Positions 53,102 through 64,000 of a DNA stretch of 64,000 bases are shown in pieces (position 1 is the first letter of the stretch; each line of letters opens with the position of its first letter). The notes beneath the pieces were generated by a model. The model saw only the letters and a program-made list of their open reading frames with translations, searched no databases and was not told where the DNA came from. The position numbers and the translations under genes were made by a program. This stretch comes from an uncultured Acidobacteriota bacterium (GTDB lineage Bacteria > Acidobacteriota > Thermoanaerobaculia > Multivoradales > JAGPDF01). The stretch covers positions 140,822-204,821 of the forward strand of contig CAWDOT010000012.1 in NCBI GenBank assembly GCA_963803995.1. Reading direction: 5' to 3'.

Positions 53102-54346
53102 ATGCCGAACGTCGTCTTCGTAGCCCCCTTCTTCCTCGACACGACGCTGCGCTTCGTCGACTCGGTCGCGTCGCTCGCGGGCGTGCGGACCGGCGCTGGT
53201 CAGCCAGGACCCGGCCGACAAGCTCCCGCCCGGGCTGAAGAGCCGCCTCGATTCCCACCGGCGCGTCGGCGACGGCCTCGACCCCCGTCAGATCGCCGAG
53301 GCGACCCGCTCGATCGCCCGCGAATGGGGCGGGAAGGTGGACCGGCTGATCGGCGCGCTCGAACAGCTGCAGGTGCCGCTCGGCGAGGTGCGCGAGGCGC
53401 TCGGGATCGAGGGCATGGGCGCCGAGACGGCGCGCAACTTCCGCGACAAGGCGCGCATGAAGGACGTGCTGCGCGCGGCAGGGCCTGCCCTGCGCTCGCC
53501 ACGCGCGCCTGACCGACGACCGAGGCGGCCTGGCGCTTCGCCGAGCGAGGTCGGCTACCCGCTGGTGCTCAAGCCGCCGGCCGGTGCGGGCGCCAAGTCG
53601 ACCTTCCGGATCGCCGACGCCGAGCGAGCTGCGCGAAGCGCTCGCCGCTGGCGCGGCCGACGCGCGGAGCGGCCGGCGGTGCGTCGAGGAGTTCGTCATC
53701 GGCGACGAGCACTCGCTTCGACACCGTGCTCGATCCGCGGCCGCGCCGTCTGGCACTCGATCTCCCACTACCTGCCGGCGCCGCTGCACGTGGTCGACAA
53801 CCCGTGGATCCAGTGGTGCGTGGTGTCGCCGCGCGAGATCGACCACCCCCGCTACGACGAGATCCGCAAGGTCGGGCTCGCGCCGCGCTCGAGGCGCTCG
53901 GCATGGGCACCGGCCTCTCGCACATGGAGTGGTTCCGGCGCCCGGACGGCCGGGTCGCGGTCTCCGAGGTCGGGGCGCGGCCGCCGGGCGCGCAGATCAC
54001 GTCGCTGATCTCCTACGCCCACGACCTCGACTTCTACCGGGCCTGGGGCCGGCTGGTGGTGTTCGACCAGTTCGACGCCGCCGCAGCGCGCTTACGCCGC
54101 CGGCGCCGCCTACCTGCGCGGCCAGGGCGAAGGGCGGGTCCGCGCCATCCACGGGCATCGAACCGGCGCCGCGCCGGCTCGGCGACCTGGTGGTCGAGAA
54201 GCGGCTGCCGCAGATCGGGCCAGTCGCCCTCGGCGAGCTACGAGGGCGACGGCTACGTGATCGTCCGCCACCGCGAGACGCGGGCGGTGGACGGAGCGCG
54301 TCTGAAATGTCCTGATCTCGCGAACGTCCGAGTGGAGCTGGGATGA
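53102..54346 (+). pseudogene. ATP-grasp ligase paralog 2 (more divergent), about 10 frameshifts
   Basis: ATG 53102 after GAGGAGAG. MPNVVFVAPFFLDTTLRFV, FRDKARMKDVLRAAG, VGYPLVLKPPAGAGAKSTF, VEEFVIGDEHSFDTV, LSHMEWFRRPDGRVAVSEVGARPPGAQI, ending NVRVELG-stop 54344-54346. The sequence is readable only by hopping frames between about 53195 and 54200. Confidence 0.75.
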
Positions 54347-54350
54347 GCGC

Positions 54351-55571
54351 ATGAACATCCTCATGATCTCGCCGGGCTACCCGGCGGAGATGACCTACTT
54401 CACCCGCGCCCTCGCCGCGGTCGGCGCGCGGGTCATCGGCGTCGGCGACCAGCCGCGCGACGGCGCTGCCCGCAGATGGCCCGCGAGCACGTCGCCCACT
54501 ACCTGCAGGTCCGCTCGCTCTGGGACGAGCCGGCGGTGGTGCGCGAGGTGCACGAAGCTGGCTCACCAGGTGCGCATCGACCGGGTCGAGTGCCTGTGGG
54601 AGCCGGGCATGATCCTCGCGGCGCGGCTGCGCGAGGCGCTCGGCCTGCCCGGCATGGACGTGGCGCAGACGATGCCCTTCCGCGACAAGGAAGTGATGAA
54701 GCAGGTGCTCGACGCCGCCGGCATCCGCACGCCGCACCACCACCGGGCGCTGACTCGGACCAGGTGCGCGAGGCCGCCGAGCGGATCGGCTACCCGCTGA
54801 TCGTCAAGCCGATCGCCGGCGCCGGCTCGGCCGACACCTACCGCGGCGACAGTCGCGCCGAGCTCGAGCGCGCGCTGCCCATGGTCCGGCACGTCGAAGA
54901 GGTCAGCGTCGAGGAGTTCATCGACGGCGAGGAGTTCACCTTCGACACGATCTGCGCCGACGGGCGAGATCCTGTTCGAGAACGTCTGCTGGTACCGGCC
55001 GCGGCCGCTCGTCCAGCGCCAGAACGAGTGGATCAGCCCGCAGACGGTCGCGCTGCGCGACCTCGACCAGCCCGACCTCGCGGCGGGCCGGCGCATGGGA
55101 CGCGAGGTGCTCCGCGCGCTCGGCTTCCGCACCGGCTTCACCCACATGGAGTGGTACCGCAAGGCCGACGGCGAGGTGGTGTTCGGCGAGATCGGCGGCC
55201 GGCCGCCCGGCGCGCGCACGGTCGACGTCATGAACTACTGCACCGACAACGACATCTACGCCGCGTGGGCGGAGGCCGTCGTCCACGGCCGCGTCGAGCG
55301 CCGCTTCGAGCGCAAGTGGAACGTGGTCTGCACCTTCAAGCGGGCCCAGGGTCAGGGGCACATCCAGCGCATCGTCGGGCTCGACAAGGTCCTGCACGAC
55401 CTCGGGCCCTTCGTCGTCGAGGTCGACCTCACCCCGGTCGGCGCGCCGCGCAAGAACTGGAAGCTGTCGATCGTCAGCGACGGTTACGTCGTCGTCCGCC
55501 ATCCCGAGCTCGGCCCGGCGCTCGCCATGGGCGACCGCATCGCCCGCGAAGTCCACCTCTACGCCGGCTGA
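54351..55571 (+). pseudogene. ATP-grasp ligase paralog 3, at least 4 frameshifts
   Basis: MNILMISPGYPAEMTYFT, FRDKEVMKQVLDAAGIRTP, IGYPLIVKPIAGAGSADTY, VEEFIDGEEFTFDTICADG, GFTHMEWYRKADGEVVFGEIGGRPPGA, ending REVHLYAG-stop. Shifts at about 54460, 54560, 54750 and 54965. About 90% nucleotide identity to paralog 1 in the FTHMEWY block. Confidence 0.8.
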
Positions 55572-55647
55572 GGCCGGTCCGCCGCCCACCGGCGCCGGCG
55601 GCGAACCGATTCGGCGCTTTTCCGTATCTCCTGCTGGAGGAGTTCCC

Positions 55648-58600
55648 ATGTCCCGATTCCGTCTGCTCGCCCCCGGTCTGCTCCTGTCATCCGTCCTCGC
55701 GCTCTCCGGCCGCCCGGCCGCGGGCGCCGATCCCGCCCTCTGGCTGCGCAGCCCGGCGATCTCGCCGGACGGGTCGACCATCGCCTTCAGCTACCGGGGC
55801 GATCTCTGGACCGTGCCGGCGGGCGGTGGCGCCGCCACGCCGCGCACGCTGAACGCCGGCTACGAGACCGCACCGGTCTGGTCGCCGGACGGCAGCCGGA
55901 TCGCCTTTGCCTCGGACCGCTACGGGAACTTCGACGTCTTCGTGATGCCGGCCGGCGGCGGCGAGGCGACCCGCCTCACGTTCCATTCGGCCGACGACGT
56001 TCCGACCAGCTTCACCCCCGACGGCAAGGGGGTGCTCTTCTCCTCGGCGCGGCTCGACGCCGTGACCAACGCCCAGTACCCCAGCCCGGCCCAGCCCGAG
56101 CTCTACCGGGTGGAGCTCGCCGGCGGCATGCCGGTCCAGGTGCTCTCGACGCCGGCCCCCTATGCCGTCTGGGACCGCGCCGGGGAGCGCCTCGCCTACT
56201 CCGACCAGAAGGGCTACGAGATGGAGTGGCGCAAGCACGACAACTCCTCCTTCGCCCGCGACGTCTGGATCTGGGACCGCGCGGCGAACAGCCACCGGCG
56301 GCTGACCGCCCTCGGCTACGACGATCGGCAGCCGGTCTGGGCGCCGGACCAGGGTTCGCTCTTCTATCTGTCGGAGAAGAGCGGCAGCTTCAATGTCTGG
56401 AAGCTCTCGCTCGAGGATCCCGAGCACCCGGTCCAGGTCACCACCCACGCCACGCATCCGGTTCGCTTCCTCTCCGCCTCGGCGGCGGGGGACCTCTGCT
56501 ACACCTGGGACGGCGAGATCTGGGTGCGCCCGGCCGGCGCCGCCGACAGCCGCAGGCTCGAGGTGAGCGCGGCGGTCGACCGTCGCGACCTCGCGATGGC
56601 GCCGGTCGACGTCGCGAGCGAGATCTCCGAGTTCGCGCTCTCGCCGAACGGCGAGGAGATCGCCTTCGTGGCCCGTGGCGAGGTGTTCGTCGCCTCGGTC
56701 GAGCACGGCGTGACCCGCCGCATCACCGACACGCCCGGCCAGGAGCGCTCGGTGACCTTCTCGCCCGACGGCAAGAGCCTGCTCTATGCCGCCGAGCGGG
56801 GTTCGAGCTGGGACGTCTACCGCACCGACCGCACCGATCCGCAGGAGCCGGCCTTCTTCAACGCCACGGCGCTCAGGGAGAGCGCCGTCGTCGCCACGGA
56901 CGCCGAGGAGTTCCAGCCCCGCTTCTCGCCCGACGGCAAGGAGGTCGCCTATCTCGAGGAGCGCACCGAGCTCAAGGTGATCCAGCTGGCGAGCGGCAAG
57001 ACCCGCGTCCTGCTGCCGGGCGACAGGAACTACTCCTACGCCGACGGCGACCAGTGGTACGAGTGGTCGCCGGACGGACAGTGGGTGGCGGTCCAGTTCC
57101 TCTCGCCGACGCGCTGGTCCTCCGAGGTCGGCCTGGTGCCCGCCTCCGGCCAGGGCGAGGTGATCAACATCAGCAGGAGCGGCTACGAGGACTCGTTCCC
57201 GCGCTGGGCCGGCAAGGGCGAGCTGCTGCTCTGGGCGAGCGACCGCCACGGCGCGCGCGAGCAGGCGGGATGGCCGCGCGAGCAGGACGTCTTCGCCGCC
57301 TTCCTGACCCGCAAGGCCTGGGATCGCTTCGGGCTCGACGAGGCGGGCTATGCCCAGCTCGTCGAGAAGGAGAAGGAGGCGGAGAAGAAGAAGGACGGGG
57401 AGAAGGACAAAGGCAAGGAGAAGGTCAAGGGCGAGGAGAAGGCGGGCGACAAGGCGGCGGGCGCGGAGGAGAAGGCGGTCAAGCTGCCCGACCCGGTGAC
57501 GCTCGAGCTCGAGGCGATCGAGGACCGCGTCGTCCGCATCTCGATGCACTCGGCCGACCTCGCCGCCGCCGACCTGACTCCGGACCGCGAGACGCTGGTC
57601 TACCTGGCGCGCTTCGAGAAGGGCTACGACCTCTGGAAGTACACGCCGCGCAGCAAGGAGATCGAGCTCGTCGCCAAGCTCGGGGCCGAACGCTCGGCCG
57701 ACCTCCGGCTCATCGCCGAGGGCAAGAAGGCGATCGTGCTCGCCGACGACCATCTGGTCGAAGTCGACCTCGAGTCGGGCAAGACCAAGCCGGTCAGGGT
57801 CGCCGCCCGGCTCGAGCTCAAGGCCGCCGAGGAGCGCGCGGCGCTGTTCGAGCACGCCTGGCGCCAGACCTGGAAGAAGTTCTACGTGGACACGATGCAC
57901 GGCGTCGACTGGCCGGCGATGAAGGCCGCCTACGCCCGCTTCCTGCCCTACATCGACAACAACCGGGACTTCGCCGAGCTGATCTCGGAGATGCAGGGCG
58001 AGCTCAACGCCTCGCACACCGGCGGGCGCTACCGGCCGACGCGGCCGGACGCCGACGTCACCGCCGCGCTCGGCTTCTTCCCCGACCCGGCCTGGAGTGG
58101 CGCCGGCGTGAAGATCGCCGAGGTGCTCGAGGGGGGGCCGCTGCAGCAGGCCGCGACCAGGGTGAAGAACGGGGTGGTGATCGAGGCGATCGACGGCGGG
58201 AGGATCGAGCCCGGCGCCAACTGGTACCCCCTGCTCAACCGCAAGGCGGGCAGCCGCGTACGCCTCGCCCTCTTCGACCCGCAGTCCGCGAATCCCGCGG
58301 CCGCGCGCTGGGAGGAGACGGTCAAGCCGATCACGCCGCAGGAGCAGGCGCCTCTGCTCTACGAGCGCTGGGTGCGCGCGCGCCGCGCCGACGTCGAGCG
58401 GCTGTCGGGCGGCCGCATCGGCTACGCCCACATCCGGGGCATGAACGACGGCGCCTACCGGGAGATCTTCGAGGAGATCTTCGGCCGCGCCGTCGACAAG
58501 GAGGCGATCGTGCTCGACACGCGCTTCAACGGCGGCGGCAACCTCGTCGAGCCCCTCACCGTCTTCCTGTCGGGCCAGGTCTACTACCGGTCGGTCCCGC

Positions 58601-58970
58601 GCGGCCGGCAGATCGGCGTCGAGCCGGGCTTCCGGTGGACGAAGCCCTCGATCGTGGTGATGAACGAGGGCAACTACTCCGACGCCCACTGTTTCCCGAC
58701 CGCCTACAAGGCGCTCGGTCTGGGCGAGACGGTCGGCATGCAGGTGCCGGGCACCTGCACGTCGGTCTGGTGGGAGCGGCTGCAGGACAAGACGCTGACC
58801 TTCGGCATCCCGGAGGTCGGGTACCTCGACGCGGCCGGCGACTACACGGAGAACAAACACCTCGACCCGGACTATCCGGTCGACAACGATCCGGCGCTCG
58901 AGGCGGGGGGCGGGATCAGGAGATCGAGAAGGCGGTCGAGGTCCTGCTCGGCAAGCTCGGCGCGCACTGA
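55648..58970 (+). pseudogene. Tricorn-protease-like secreted peptidase (TolB-type propellers, PDZ, S41 domain), one frameshift
   Basis: ATG 55648 after GGAGG, with a signal peptide. N-terminus LWLRSPAISPDGSTIAFSYRGDLWTVPAGGG and repeated SPDG blades. C-terminal S41-like region IRGMNDGAY, TRFNGGGNLVE and MNEGNYSDAHCF. A frameshift in a G-run at about 58900 precedes the tail RDQEIEKAVEVLLGKLGAH-stop 58968-58970. Confidence 0.8.
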
Positions 58971-59000
58971 GTCGGAGCGAGTCTCGATTCCACGCCGGGC

Positions 59001-59154
59001 CGCCGGTTCCTTCCCCCTCCGGGAACCGGCGCGCGTCCGTGGAAAACGAGGCCGTGGCGCGCGCCTGCGTTCGGGCCGCTGTCTGCGGCGTCCGTGGCGG
59101 ATGGGCCGCCGGTGACGCGGCCCTCAAGCTTCCCTGCGGGGGAAGGAACCGGCG
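59001..59154. repeat. 17-bp perfect inverted repeat pair in the convergent intergenic gap
   Basis: CGCCGGTTCCTTCCCCC (59001-59017) and GGGGGAAGGAACCGGCG (59138-59154), 120 nt apart. The left copy also forms a local hairpin, CGCCGGTTCC-11 nt-GGAACCGGCG (59001-59031). Confidence 0.7.
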
Positions 59155-59160
59155 ACCCGG

Positions 59161-59846
59161 CTACGCTGTCGCCAGTTGACGCGCCGGGGGCAGGTTCGGC
59201 CGCGAGACCATCGTGTAGATCAGGTCGTCTTCGACTTTCCACCAGCCGGCGCAGCTGCCGACGGGGGCCCAGTCGGCGGCGAAGGAGCGCCAGCCGCAAC
59301 GCGGGCCATCGTTCCCGAAGCGGACCTCGACCTCGCGCGGGTCGACGCGCAGGCCCCGCCGCGCGAGCTTCAGCACGCTCTCCTTGGCGCTCCAGATCCG
59401 GTTGGCGACGGCGTCGCGTTCGGCGCCCGAGTGCGCGGCCCAGAGCTGGCGCTCGGCGCCGGTGAGGAAGTCGGCGACGAAGGCCGGGCTGCGCGCCTCC
59501 ACGAGCTCGAGGTCGCAGCCGACCTCGACGCCGGCGGCGCCGACCACGGCGAGGGCGCGCTCGCCGCGGTGGGAGATCGAAAGCGAAACACGCAACGGCT
59601 GGCTCCGATAGTGCGCCAGAGGGGCGCCCGCCGCGTCGGGCAGGATGGCGAGTGCCGGCCAGGTCGTCGCGATCGCCGGCAGCCCGAGGTAGCTGGCGAG
59701 GGCGCGCTTGGCGGTCCACCGGCCGAGCCGCCAGTCGTTGCGCCGGGACGGCACGGCAGCGGCACCGAGCAGGTCCTTCTCGGTCTCGGCGATCCAGGCG
59801 TCGCCGGCCGGCACTCCGGCGGCGTGCCCGTCGAGCCACCCCCAGG

Positions 59847-59850
<4 letters not shown>
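59161..59850 (-). CDS. 4'-phosphopantetheinyl transferase (Sfp type)
   Basis: 229 aa with a GTG start at 59850 that overlaps the upstream stop (GTGA). PPTase motifs ISHRGERALAVV, GCDLELVE and WSAKESVLK. Confidence 0.85.

Positions 59851-64000
<4,150 letters not shown>

Overview
This is a very GC-rich bacterial chromosomal segment (about 70% by eye), and spurious long ORFs are open in every frame. Gene content (short exosortase, TonB-dependent receptor, bacilliredoxin, GH57 glycogen genes) fits a Gram-negative non-enteric lineage, but the taxon cannot be fixed from the sequence alone. I can support 47 protein-coding loci. I found no rRNA, tRNA, CRISPR array, IS element or prophage gene.

- **1-16 kb, intact housekeeping genes:** NfeD, smc, an outer-membrane barrel, a HAMP-GGDEF cyclase, a short exosortase with a membrane partner, a pyrR-pyrB-pyrC operon with a near-consensus promoter, an IMPase, an M23 peptidase, a PilZ protein, bacilliredoxin, DUF423 and P5C dehydrogenase.
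- **Middle:** a TonB receptor, an APC permease, a delta-60-repeat/M23 protein, an SDR epimerase, and a cassette of M20 peptidase, YfcC, aminotransferase, hotdog thioesterase and ThDP enzyme. These are followed by EamA, rhomboid, a PLP dehydratase, a vWA-FHA protein and an S9 peptidase.
- **Right third:** a secreted protease/pseudoprotease cluster carrying four copies of an unrecognised ~120-aa four-Cys domain. Next come glgP, a GH57 branching enzyme with a Lys/Ala-rich N-extension, and a DHH phosphoesterase. Then three tandem paralogous ATP-grasp ligases are followed by a tricorn-like protease. Last is a PPTase translationally coupled to a giant single-chain acyl-CoA carboxylase that runs off the window.

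The strongest non-genic signal is a family of AT-richer long-hairpin (MITE/REP-like) elements. Their ends are GCAAAAGCTCCAG... and ...CTGGAGCTTTTGC, and copies sit at 19.5, 24.2, 24.4, 40.0 and 50.3-50.6 kb.

Sixteen loci carry frameshifts, and these are very unevenly distributed. There are none in the 3.5-kb smc, at least 12 in the 2.1-kb S9 peptidase gene, and about 20 across the ATP-grasp triad. This looks more like local consensus indel error than gene decay, but one sequence cannot settle it. Frameshift positions are hand-derived (about +/-15 nt). No database search was possible, so every novelty statement is unverified.
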